Origin: an uncultured Actinomycetes bacterium
GTDB lineage: Bacteria > Actinomycetota > Thermoleophilia > RBG-16-64-13
Assembly (NCBI GenBank): GCA_963841735.1
Contig: CAWJDT010000001.1
Span: 384,001-448,000 of the forward strand
Length of the DNA: 64,000 nt
Direction of reading: 5' to 3'
Below are positions 1 through 8,666 of this stretch, piece by piece; within the stretch, counting starts at the first letter, position 1; each line of letters begins with the position of its first letter. A model generated the notes under the pieces. The model worked only from the letters and a program-made list of their open reading frames with translations. It did no database searches and was not told the origin of the DNA. Both the position numbers and the translations under genes were made by a program.

Positions 1-462
1 ACCGGTCTGCCGAACGTGCTCCGCCAGCACTATGCTCACTGCCACTGCGAGGTTGAGGCTCTCCGTCTCGCCCGCCAGGGGGATGGTGAGCTCTGCGTCA
101 CAGGCGGCTGAAACGTCAACCGGGAGGCCACGATCTTCCGACCCAAAGACGAGCAGATCGCCGGGCCGAAAGGTGAAGTCGAATAGGGAAGGCGCCTCCG
201 GTGATGAGGTCAGGACTATGCACCGTCCATCATGTTGCCCAAGAAAGTCGAGGGGATCGAGAACCATTCGCCATTCCACCTTGAAGAAGGCCCCCGCCGA
301 CACGGTTCGCAGCCGCTGGCTGTACGACTTGCCGTAGCGATCACGGATCAGCCGATTGGGGTCGAAGACACAGCATGACGATACGCCGAACGCTTCGAGC
401 GTTCGCGCGATCACGCAGACGTTGGTGAAGTCCTGAGGCGCGTGGAGGAGGACCTCGGGCAT
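1..462 (-). CDS. SpoU/TrmH-family RNA methyltransferase (3' end beyond window)
   Basis: Manual translation from ATG at 462: MPEVLLHAPQDFTNV...LLVFGSEDRGLP...LTIPLAGETESLNLAVA, the SPOUT motifs; absent from the ORF track because it runs off the edge. Confidence 0.85.
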   Translation of the reverse strand, partial: MPEVLLHAPQDFTNVCVIARTLEAFGVSSCCVFDPNRLIRDRYGKSYSQRLRTVSAGAFFKVEWRMVLDPLDFLGQHDGRCIVLTSSPEAPSLFDFTFRPGDLLVFGSEDRGLPVDVSAACDAELTIPLAGETESLNLAVAVSIVLAEHVRQTG

Positions 463-463
463 G

Positions 464-1030
464 CTAGGGAACACAGATCTCATAGTCGCCGAACTCGGCG
501 ATTTCTGTGTCAAGGTCACGTGGCTCGGTCACATAGAATGACGCCGGTCGCCCGTCAACATCTGCGACAGCCTCACCGTGGGGGACCTCTGCGAGCATGG
601 TGAAGAAGCTGACTTGGGCATCGTTGTACTTGACATGCAAACAGACAAAGTCGTCCGCCGCCAGTCGATGTTCCGCTATCCTGCGGTTCAGTTCATTCTT
701 GCGGTGCAGAGCAACAGCCAAATACAAAGGCTTTGTCTCTGGATCACCGATAAACAGGAACTCCTCGTTGTCAGGATGCGTGCCAAAGGCCGCGAAGGTC
801 GAGCTGTTGACGGTCACCGTGATGAGCTTGTGCGGTCCATGGGAAACGTGGGACTCATAGACCGATTCTGCAAGGGTCTCACCCCGTTGCGCGGGGAGTT
901 CATGGTGATTGGGACACAGTCGGATGATCAGCCCTCTATCCTCCAGGTCCTGCATGACATCTTCGGTCATCTCGACGGGCCTGAGCAATAGTCGCTCCGT
1001 CATCTCTACGAATGACACATCCGAAGCCAT
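464..1030 (-). CDS. Hypothetical protein, possible cupin/ureidoglycolate lyase-like fold
   Basis: ORF MASDVSF with purine-rich RBS; HPDNEE and VPHGE resemble cupin metal motifs. Confidence 0.6.
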   Translation of the reverse strand: MASDVSFVEMTERLLLRPVEMTEDVMQDLEDRGLIIRLCPNHHELPAQRGETLAESVYESHVSHGPHKLITVTVNSSTFAAFGTHPDNEEFLFIGDPETKPLYLAVALHRKNELNRRIAEHRLAADDFVCLHVKYNDAQVSFFTMLAEVPHGEAVADVDGRPASFYVTEPRDLDTEIAEFGDYEICVP

Positions 1031-1183
1031 GACCCCGCCTTTCCTACCATGTTGCACACAAGCCAACTCTACTAGGTCCCCAGCATTCGCGCCTGCGCGA
1101 ATGCTTCGACCTGAGATAATCTGCCCAGCGCGAAGACCAACGAGGTCAGGTACTCCGGTCAATGAAAGGAAGGCGATCGACAG

Positions 1184-1723
1184 ATGCGATCCATATGCCG
1201 CATTATTCTGCTGGCTGCTGCCATCGTACTGGCGTGTGCCACGCTGTTCGGTTGCGGTGGTGGAGACGGTCAGAGCGACCTCAGTGTGGCGACGACCGTG
1301 CAGGACGAGAGTGCCGGAACGGACTCAACCCAGAACGGGGCACAGACTGGGGCACAGGCCGAGACGGAGGTCGCCGGCATGCCCGCCGAGTTCCCAGCCG
1401 ATGTCCCGGTCCACCCGGGCACTGTGACCGCATACGACCCCATGGTAGTGACCGAGTCCACGACCGTCCATCAGCTCACGGTCGAATCGGTGGCTTCATT
1501 CGATAACGTCATCGAGTGGTACAAGACGCAGCTTCCCGCGGGCTGGTCGGTAGGGTTTCTCGAGGAGTCCGGCGACGGCGGCAGTCGCGAGGGCAAGGTC
1601 GCCCTCAACGGCGGCAACTACGCACCCGCTAGTTCGAGCGGATTGGGCGGCGGCGTGCTCATCGGCGTATTCGAGGGAGACAAGACGGAGATCGTCGTCA
1701 CAGTCACCGCGATGGCGCCGTAG
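1184..1723 (+). CDS. Putative lipoprotein
   Basis: Signal peptide with LFGC lipobox, Ser/Thr-rich linker, PAEFPADVPVHPG motif. Confidence 0.75.
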   Translation: MRSICRIILLAAAIVLACATLFGCGGGDGQSDLSVATTVQDESAGTDSTQNGAQTGAQAETEVAGMPAEFPADVPVHPGTVTAYDPMVVTESTTVHQLTVESVASFDNVIEWYKTQLPAGWSVGFLEESGDGGSREGKVALNGGNYAPASSSGLGGGVLIGVFEGDKTEIVVTVTAMAP

Positions 1724-1741
1724 CCGATCGATCAGGCCTCC

Positions 1742-2230
1742 TCAGAGCGGCCTTGTGTAGAAGAGTGAGCCGCCGGTGCTTTCGCCGTATACAGCTTGGG
1801 TGAAACCCGCCTTGGCGTAGACCGCCCGGGCCCTTTCGTTGTCGTCCTGGACCTCAAGAGTGACTTTGCAGCACCCAAGCTCAGTGGCCTTGCGGGCCAC
1901 CCCGTCAAGCAGCAGTCGCCCTATCCCCTGTCCCCGATGCGTGGGCAGCACAGCCAGATCGTGGATGTTGACGAGAGGCCGCGCGGCGAAGGTCGAGAAG
2001 CCACGAAAGCAGGTCGCGATGCCAACGGCCTTGGCCTCCACGTACGCCAGCAGGATAAGAACCGTAGGCTGGGCCCGCAACCCCGGCACCAGAAGCTCTA
2101 GGACGTCCGGAGAAAGCGGTCCGCCATTCCCCATCGCGTCTAGCGCGTAGGCAGCCGTCATGGCGACCACGTCTCGCTGGTGATCGACGCGATCCAAGTC
2201 TGCTTCAACGATTTCGACCCGCTGTTTCAT
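1742..2230 (-). CDS. GNAT family N-acetyltransferase
   Basis: HDLAVLPTHRGQGIG acetyl-CoA motif; LEV...N..A..VY.K.GF. Confidence 0.9.
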   Translation of the reverse strand: MKQRVEIVEADLDRVDHQRDVVAMTAAYALDAMGNGGPLSPDVLELLVPGLRAQPTVLILLAYVEAKAVGIATCFRGFSTFAARPLVNIHDLAVLPTHRGQGIGRLLLDGVARKATELGCCKVTLEVQDDNERARAVYAKAGFTQAVYGESTGGSLFYTRPL

Positions 2231-2263
2231 TCCCCGGCCTCAGTGTCCATAAGACGACAAGGG

Positions 2264-2410
2264 TCAAGCGCGCCCGGATGGCGCGTCGCCTACGCCCTCT
2301 TGCCGGCCGTCGGCCGCAAAGCCCTCGTGAAACCCAGGATGTCCCACCACGCGCCCATCCTCCTCAGCGATGGCGTCGACATCGGCGCTCGTTTCACTTC
2401 TGATGCGCAT
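2264..2410 (-). pseudogene. Internally deleted YhbS-like GNAT remnant
   Basis: MRIRSETSADVDAIAE-EDGRVVGH-PGFHEGFAADG joins start, middle and end motifs of this family in only 48 aa. Confidence 0.65.
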
Positions 2411-2423
2411 CTTGGCCAGCACG

Positions 2424-2810
2424 CTACTCCGGCACGCGCTCCCGACGCACTTCCACGAGACGATTGGCTGCGTCCACAAACGCGATCCGAGGCTGCCAGG
2501 CCCGGGCCTCTTGGTCGTCAAGCTGCACGAAGCAGGCGATGATCACGATATCGCCGACCTTCACGTGATGAGCCGCGGCCCCGTTGATGCAAACCACTCC
2601 GGAACCTCGGGGACCGGCAATCGCGTAGGTGGTCAGGCGTGCGCCGCTGGTGACGTCCCAGATGTCAACGGCCTCATACTCAAGGATGCCCGCGGCAGCG
2701 AGCAGGTCCGCATCGACGGTGACGCTGCCCTCGTATTCCAGATTGGCCTCAGTGACCGTGGCGCGGTGGATCTTGCCACCTAGCATGGTTCTTCTCATGT
2801 ACTTCTCCAT
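2424..2810 (-). CDS. panD: Aspartate 1-decarboxylase
   Basis: KIHRATVT...YEGSVTVD...TYAI...INGAAA signature. Confidence 0.97.
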   Translation of the reverse strand: MEKYMRRTMLGGKIHRATVTEANLEYEGSVTVDADLLAAAGILEYEAVDIWDVTSGARLTTYAIAGPRGSGVVCINGAAAHHVKVGDIVIIACFVQLDDQEARAWQPRIAFVDAANRLVEVRRERVPE

Positions 2811-2890
2811 ACCGAATCCCCACCCACAAGGCGAGTGCTCGGTGCCAATGTGTTAACCGCGGAAGCCTACCACGCGAAGGCGTATCCCAA

Positions 2891-2954
2891 CGAGATCTGG
2901 TGCTGTTTGGACGGGATCATGCGGACCACTGGGGTTTGAGTCTCAGGCCGGGAG
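2891..2954 (+). repeat. Dispersed ~70 bp L-motif, copy 1
   Basis: GAGATCTGGTGCTGTTTGGACG-N21-TGAGTCT, matches nine other copies. Confidence 0.75.
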
Positions 2955-3602
2955 TCAGCCAAGCCCCCGCAACTCTTCCACAAGCACGACGCCGGCCGAA
3001 GTGCCCAGGCGGGTGGCCCCGGCCTCTATCAACGCCAGCGCCGTCGCCAGGTCGCGAATACCACCGGCGGCCTTGACGCCCGTGTTCGGGCCGACGGCCG
3101 CCCGCATCAGGCGCACGTCGGCCACCGTCGCCCCCGCCGTGCCAAACCCGGTGGAGGTCTTCACATAGTCGGCGCCCTGAGCGACCGCCATCCGGCAGAC
3201 CGATTCCTTTTCGACGTCGGTGAGGTAGCAGGTCTCCAGGATCACCTTGCTGATCACTCCAGCCGGCCGACAGGCCTCCACCATGTCGGCGATCTCCCGG
3301 CCGACAAGACCGGCATCCCCGGACTGCAGGGCGCGCACGTTGATGACCATGTCGATCTCGCCGGCGCCTTTCTGGATGGCGTCGCGTGTTTCGAAAGCCT
3401 TGACCTCACTGGTGTTCTGTCCCAGCGGAAAACCGATCGCCGCGCCCACACGCACCGGGCTGCCGGCCAGCAGCCGCACGCACACGGTCACTTCGGCCGG
3501 ATTGACAGCCACCATGGCGAAGTTGTAGCGCAGGGCTTCCTCGCACAATCTCTCGATGTCCTGCGCCGTGCCGAACGCCTTCAAAAAGGTATGGTCGATC
3601 AT
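2955..3602 (-). CDS. deoC: Deoxyribose-phosphate aldolase
   Basis: IDHT, GFPLG, EIDMV, KVILET, VKTSTGF, KAAGGIR motifs; exact start uncertain. Confidence 0.95.
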   Translation of the reverse strand: MIDHTFLKAFGTAQDIERLCEEALRYNFAMVAVNPAEVTVCVRLLAGSPVRVGAAIGFPLGQNTSEVKAFETRDAIQKGAGEIDMVINVRALQSGDAGLVGREIADMVEACRPAGVISKVILETCYLTDVEKESVCRMAVAQGADYVKTSTGFGTAGATVADVRLMRAAVGPNTGVKAAGGIRDLATALALIEAGATRLGTSAGVVLVEELRGLG

Positions 3603-3654
3603 CGCGGCCAGGGTCTGGGGTGTGGCGCGAGTCGGCTTCAGATGTCCATGCTCT

Positions 3655-4630
3655 TCACTCCTGGTGCGCCAAAAACTCCAACGCTTCCTGCGCGGTAGGC
3701 AGAGCGGGGATGGCGCCTTTGCGGGTGCAGGTCAGCGCACCCACCGCCACGGCATACCGCAGCGCCGAGCCTACCACCTCGGGGCTGACTCCGGCCAGGG
3801 AACCGAGACGTTTCCATTCGGGCAGCAGGCGTGTGATCATCGCCGCCACAAAGCCGTCGCCGGCGCCGGTGGTCTCGATCACCTCCACCCCAAAGGCGGG
3901 CTGCTCGATCCAGAAGTCGCCGTTAGTGGCGATCGCGCCGCGCTCACCCCGGCTGATCACCAGCAGTTGCACGCCCTGCGCCAGCACGACCTCGGCCCCG
4001 CGATGCAGGTCGGTCTCACCGGTGGCCACCAGCCACTCTTCTTCGCTGATCTTCGCTAGTTGGCAATGGCGAAAGCCATCCCTGATGACAGCCTGGGCCT
4101 GTTCCACCGTAGGCCAGAGCGTCGGGCGGTAGTTGGGGTCATAGCTGATCATCAACCCGTTCGCCCGAGCCATTTCCTAGAGCCTTGCGCTGCGCCGAGG
4201 CGATCGGCTCCTCGGTGAACCCTATCGAGCCGAAGTGGAAGCAACGCACCCCTTCGAGCAGCTCGGAACCGATCTCCGCCGGCGCAAGCAACATGTCAGC
4301 CCCAGGGTTGCGGTAGAAACACAGATCCTTGTGTCCGTCGTCCCACACCGCCACAAAGACCGAGGTCGTGCGTGCACGCTGGTCGACCAGCAGAACGCGG
4401 GTGTCCACGCCGTCGGCCTCCAGGCTCTGCCGCAGGTAGACCCCAAACGGATCGTCTCCTACCTTGCCGACGAACCCGGCGGAAAGGCCCAGGCGTTGCA
4501 GTGCCACAGCCACATTGGCCGGAGCCCCGCCGGGAGCCTTGATGAACCCCGGCGCATCCGCCAAAGAGACATTCGCCTGAGTCGAGACGAATTCGACCAG
4601 CAGCTCTCCCATGCAGACGACTTCAGGCAT
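3655..4630 (-). CDS. PfkB-family carbohydrate kinase (frameshift near 4175, likely sequencing error)
   Basis: GGAPANVA...GKVGDDPFG in one frame; YDPNYR and TTGAGDGF in the next. Confidence 0.88.
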
Positions 4631-5006
4631 GGTCGGCCCTGGGCCGATACTCCACGTGGGGCAGACCCAAGAAGTGAGCGTCCTGCGTCCAAAGCGTCGC
4701 ATTCTCTGAGCGCGCGGTTGCCAGGATGATGGAGTCGGCCATGGCAAGTCCTGTTTCGAGCGATAGCCGGGCGGCTTCGAGCGCAAGGCTTGCCGTGAGA
4801 TCTACCACCCGCCCCTGTACCATCACCGCCGCGGCATCGAGCGCGGTCGCCTCGTCCTTGATCTGGCGGATGCGCTTGAAGACCTCATAAACTGTCAGCG
4901 ACGGCACGACCGCGGCCTCCGGCGACTCGATGACGCCGGCGAACTCCGACGCGTTCTCACCGTCGGCGAAGTACTCCAACCAGGCCGAGGAGTCGACTAC
5001 GTTCAC
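4623..5006 (-). CDS. vapC: VapC PIN-domain toxin
   Basis: VVDSSAWLEY...MADSIILATA...LWTQD. Confidence 0.92.
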   Translation of the reverse strand: MNVVDSSAWLEYFADGENASEFAGVIESPEAAVVPSLTVYEVFKRIRQIKDEATALDAAAVMVQGRVVDLTASLALEAARLSLETGLAMADSIILATARSENATLWTQDAHFLGLPHVEYRPRADHA

Positions 5007-5212
5007 CCGCGGTCGTTCTCGTCGCGCATGACGCGCGTGTCGAGCCCGCGCAGCACTCCACGCAACTCGCTGGCCAGGCGCACCGGCAGGAACTCGATGC
5101 GATCGCCGTACGCGAGAGCCTGGATCTTCTGACCAGGCACTAGGCCGAGCTGCTCACGGATGGCCTTGGGGATAACAACCTGGAACTTGGGCGAAATGGT
5201 GACAGTCTCCAC
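5003..5212 (-). CDS. AbrB/MazE-family antitoxin
   Basis: GTG start after GAAGGAGG; TVTISPKFQVVIPKAIRE; overlaps vapC start. Confidence 0.9.
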   Translation of the reverse strand: METVTISPKFQVVIPKAIREQLGLVPGQKIQALAYGDRIEFLPVRLASELRGVLRGLDTRVMRDENDRG

Positions 5213-5387
5213 CGACAGACCTCCTTCGTCATACGGATAGTCTATCGATGGCGTCGCCGTCTTGCAATGTGGCTCGGGCTGAATAGAAAGAACCCTATGG
5301 ATCACAGCAGGTACTGCCCGAGAGTCTGCGCCCTGAAGCGCTAGAGACTCTGGTACTTCAGTCTGAACTTGGCACCCGTTAGAGCTT

Positions 5388-6192
5388 CTACACCCGCCCC
5401 ACCGCCTTGAAGAACGTGTAGCAGAACGTACCGTCGTCTTCAGCCGTACGATACAGGTCTCTGATGCCCTGGTCGAAAACGGCAGCATCCACGAGACCCT
5501 CCGCGATGGCCGTCTCACGCACGCCCTCGATCATAGCCGTGAACGTCTTTTTGGTGAACCCGTCCACTAACTGCGGCCTGCTCGCATCGACGTACACCAT
5601 GCGCGGCGACACCCGGACCTCCCCATAGCCGGCGGCCGCCAGCAGCGGATACAACGACCTCCCGATAAGTGCGTCGCCGCCCGCGCGCGACTGCAGCTCG
5701 ATGAGGCACCCGATGGCGATATGAGCAGCTTCGCTCTCGGGGTAGAAGTAGGCAGAACCGTGGTCGCCTTCGATCACCGTGAGGGTGCCGCCTGGCCGCA
5801 ACAATCCCTTGAGCTTCGCCAGGGCCGATCCCGGCTCTCGCAGATGCTCCAGGACGAAGCAGACGAACACGTGGTCAAACGATGCCGGTTCAAAAGACAG
5901 AGCGAAGATGTCACCCTGCTGGAACCGCACGTTGGAGAGACCCGCTGCCGTGACTTTGCGTTCGGCTTCCGCGAGCGACGCCTGGGAGATGTCGACGGCC
6001 ACGATGAAGGCTCCCGGACTGTTGGCGGCCAGGGTCACCGTCTGCGCGCCGACTCCACAGCCGGCCTCCAGAACGCGGCAGCCCGCCGGGAAGACGGTGT
6101 CCGCATGCAGCAGCTCGGCCAGAGTGGCCGCCTGGTCCTGCAGACGCATGCTGCTCCCGGGAGTCGTAGCCGTGGACGTACTTGTGGGTCAT
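5388..6192 (-). CDS. Class I SAM-dependent methyltransferase (frameshift near 6150)
   Basis: MTHKYVHGY then RLQDQA...VLEAGCGVG motif I. Confidence 0.85.
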
Positions 6193-6200
6193 GAGTCTAT

Positions 6201-6270
6201 CTTTTCAGAATCTGGAATTTTTTGGACGGAGTCTTGTGGCCAACTGGGTGTGAGTCTCGGTCGGGGCCCG
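6201..6270 (+). repeat. L-motif copy 2
   Basis: TTTTCAGAATCTGG...TTTGGACGG...GTGAGTCT, abutting the last attC of integron 1. Confidence 0.65.
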
Positions 6271-6279
6271 TCGGAGACT

Positions 6280-6372
6280 GTCTAACGACTGCAGCCGGTC
6301 AGCCGCGCCCGTTGGCCATGGTAAGCCATGCAGTAGGCAACGCAGGATGTCGGCTGCAGGCGCTGGTTAGAA
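6280..6372 (-). repeat. attC site
   Basis: Minus strand TTCTAAC CAGCGCCTGCAGCCGAC...GCGGCTGACCGGCTGCAGTC GTTAGAC, just downstream of the ParE gene. Confidence 0.85.
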
Positions 6373-6383
6373 CTACGCTGCGT

Positions 6384-6680
6384 TCAACCACGATCGCCCC
6401 AGTAGCCAGGGCGCCGCCTGTGATGCGCGACGGCCGAGACATGCACTGCCATACCGTCGAACCAGTACAGGATTGAATAGGGAAATCGGCTGACAACGCG
6501 CTTGCGTGTCTCGCCCAGCAGAATCGGGAATGCGTTTGGATTGTCGGCTACATCAAGGAGTGCAGCCTGCGCAGCATCGAGAAACGCGGTCCCGAGCCCG
6601 AGCTGTTCAAGGTCGTAGAAATCGGCTGCCTCGTTCAGTTCGCGGAAGGCACCAGGCTCGAACAGCACCTCATGGGTCAT
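6384..6680 (-). CDS. RelE/ParE-family toxin
   Basis: A..EL.EA.DFY...GLG..F; RFPYSILY; AVAHHRRRPGYW. Confidence 0.9.
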   Translation of the reverse strand: MTHEVLFEPGAFRELNEAADFYDLEQLGLGTAFLDAAQAALLDVADNPNAFPILLGETRKRVVSRFPYSILYWFDGMAVHVSAVAHHRRRPGYWGDRG

Positions 6681-6901
6681 GCGCGAGCAGCCCGCGCCTT
6701 CGCGAACACCTCGTCCATTGGGATGGGGATTACCCTGCCACCTTGGCCGTCCGCACGTCGGCGCTCAGCTTCCTCGAGCCACAGACGCTCAACCTCGGGC
6801 TCGGGTAGATCATCCAGGCTCTCTAGAAGCTCCCGGGCCAGATCCGCTCGTATCGAAGGATCGAGCCGCAGAGCCTCACGCTTGAGTTCGTCGATAGTCA
6901 T
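6677..6901 (-). CDS. Addiction module antitoxin (TIGR02574-like)
   Basis: EALRL...RADLA.ELLESLD...WLEEAERR. Confidence 0.88.
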   Translation of the reverse strand: MTIDELKREALRLDPSIRADLARELLESLDDLPEPEVERLWLEEAERRRADGQGGRVIPIPMDEVFAKARAARA

Positions 6902-6978
6902 GGCATCTCACCTCGCAACGGAACCTACGCACCCCACAATGATACCGCCGACGACTGGCGCTGACACTCCAACGTTAG

Positions 6979-7042
6979 TTCCAACGATTCAGCGCGTCAG
7001 CCGCGCCCGTTGGCCATGGTACTCCATGCAATAGACAACGCC
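6979..7042 (-). repeat. Truncated attC (3' half), paralogous to attC 6280-6372
   Basis: Shares GTCAGCCGCGCCCGTTGGCCATGGTA with 6298-6323; ends GTTGGAA on minus strand. Confidence 0.7.
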
Positions 7043-7100
7043 GGCAGAAGAGAACGTCCCCGTCAGAGAAGGTGTTGCGATTCACACTTGAACTCACAAT

Positions 7101-7160
7101 GGCTAACGTCGAGCCGATCAGCTGCCAGCTTCGCTGGTCTGCTGCACCGGCTTGTTAGGC
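7101..7160 (-). repeat. attC site (60 bp)
   Basis: GCCTAAC AAGCCGGTGCAGCAGACC...GCAGCTGATCGGCTCGAC GTTAGCC on minus strand. Confidence 0.9.
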
Positions 7161-7399
7161 ATCGGTTGCCTATCTCCTTCGTCAGGCTCAACGTCGGGCA
7201 CCTTGCCCATCGCACGCTCGAACCTACCACGGTCGCCACGGGCCGCACGCTCCTGAAGATAGTCTACGGTCATTAGCGCCGACATCTTCTCGGCTAGCGC
7301 TGTAGTGATCAACTGGTTGATGGATACGTCCTCAGACTTGGCAAGTTCACGCGCCTTTCTATGGAGTGACTCCGGCAGACGTAGACTGATGGTGCTCAT
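7118..7399 (-). CDS. RHH/HicB-like antitoxin
   Basis: MSTISLRLPESLH...VSINQLITTALAEKMSAL. Confidence 0.88.
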   Translation of the reverse strand: MSTISLRLPESLHRKARELAKSEDVSINQLITTALAEKMSALMTVDYLQERAARGDRGRFERAMGKVPDVEPDEGDRQPMPNKPVQQTSEAGS

Positions 7400-7821
7400 G
7401 ACCGACCTCCGATCCTTCCCAAGAACTCGCCGGGGGTGACCGCCTCTATCCCGAAGCGCTCGACCTCCACGAAGTCCTTCATGTTGTGCGTGACGATGAT
7501 GCCGCATCCCGCCTCGACGGCCAGTTCGAGCACATGGTCATCGCGCGCATCTCGGAGGACCGGCCGCCAGAGGAAGTGGATCTCTTGTAGATGGGCGACG
7601 CTACACAAGTAGTCGATGACATCGTCGACTTCCTCAGGCTTGAGCCCCGTCGCCTCGGGCATGCGCTTCGCGGCATCCTCATACTCGACCACCAATGGGA
7701 CCGAGAGAGTGATCTCGAACCGCGTCCCTCCGACCAGCATCAGAAGCCGATGCGAGGCGCCCCGGCGTGACCGAAGTGCAGAGATGAAAACGCTAGTGTC
7801 GATGACAACGCGTGGACCCAT
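7396..7821 (-). CDS. PIN-domain toxin (PIN_3-like)
   Basis: VVIDTSVFISAL...LRDARDDHVLELAV...IVTHNMKDF. Confidence 0.9.
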   Translation of the reverse strand: MGPRVVIDTSVFISALRSRRGASHRLLMLVGGTRFEITLSVPLVVEYEDAAKRMPEATGLKPEEVDDVIDYLCSVAHLQEIHFLWRPVLRDARDDHVLELAVEAGCGIIVTHNMKDFVEVERFGIEAVTPGEFLGRIGGRS

Positions 7822-7875
7822 AGCGGTATCGTATAAGATACCAGCCCTTGAGTCAACACGGGCTGACCCCCGTAT

Positions 7876-7905
7876 GCCTAACAATAGTTATCTGGTCTGT
7901 GTAAC
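7876..7905 (-). other. Putative attI site of integron 1
   Basis: Minus strand GTTACACAGACCAGATAACTATT-GTTAGGC; core GTTAGGC is complementary to GCCTAAC of the attC closing the first cassette. Confidence 0.65.
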
Positions 7906-8043
7906 TCCACCGACACAACATCTGGTTGTCGGCATAACTCCGGCTGCGATTCTCAAGACAGCCCCCCTGGTCGGCATACCGAGCGGTTTCTGAGACCAAG
8001 ACGCCCGCGCGATCTTGGGTTTATGCAGACTGTATGTGCCGCC

Positions 8044-8208
8044 CTACAACCTGTCAAACAGGCTGCTGCGGACTCACTGGCCGCCGTGGGCGAGCACGGG
8101 GGGGGTTACGCACGGTGGTGAGCACGTCCTTGTAGCCGAGGAGCTCCTGTGTGGTCCGGGTATTGCAGCCCGCCTCCAGCAGATCAGTAGCACTTCACCG
8201 CGCGTCAG
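8044..8208 (-). pseudogene. intI: Integron integrase remnant 1
   Basis: LTRGEV / ATDLLEAGCNTRTTQELLGYKDVLTT...VLAHGGQ*VRSSLFDRL* matches the IntI C-terminus ([26 protein letters not shown]...GVRSPLD). Confidence 0.8.
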
Positions 8209-8252
8209 GGGGCGCCTACCGGCGCCGAAGGGAACAGCACAAGATCTTGCCA
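8208..8252 (+). repeat. R-motif (GGCGCC hairpin + AACAGCACAAGATCTTG)
   Basis: Similar to 19976-20025 and 57935-57990; core is the inverse of the L-motif. Confidence 0.65.
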
Positions 8253-8358
8253 AATCGTCGACGGTCGCCGTCGCGCCCCGAGTGGCCACCCCTGCAACCC
8301 GGCTCGCGGTGCAACCGCCCCAGCCCCGTTCTACAACGGCGCCGAGAGCCGTCTCGGC

Positions 8359-8592
8359 CTACATTCTCGCCCACTCGCGCAGACGCCCACCTACGAACGG
8401 CTTGCCGAACAGGGGCGCAAACACGCAGACATCGAACGCACCCGCCAATAGCGGCACCAGACCGACGGCGAACATCACCCAGCCTCGCCATCCGCCGACC
8501 ACCAACAACCCCAAGCCGATCAAGAGTAGACCGGCCACGACCCGCACGGCCCTTCCCGCGGTTGAGGCCAGGAAACCAAACAGTATCTTCAT
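8359..8592 (-). CDS. DUF2892/YgaP-like membrane protein
   Basis: GRAVRVVAG...GLVPLLAGAFDVCVFAPLFG. Confidence 0.8.
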   Translation of the reverse strand: MKILFGFLASTAGRAVRVVAGLLLIGLGLLVVGGWRGWVMFAVGLVPLLAGAFDVCVFAPLFGKPFVGGRLREWARM

Positions 8593-8666
8593 GTCGCTCT
8601 CCTTAAGGGTGTTAGTCTGCAAGGATTATTCCGTTGAGGCGCTTAATCAAACGTGCAGGAGCACTC

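Noticed and set aside
5300-5385. Short inverted repeats and a CTCTAAC after the methyltransferase stop as an attC
   Set aside because: No matching GTTRRRY end at a plausible distance
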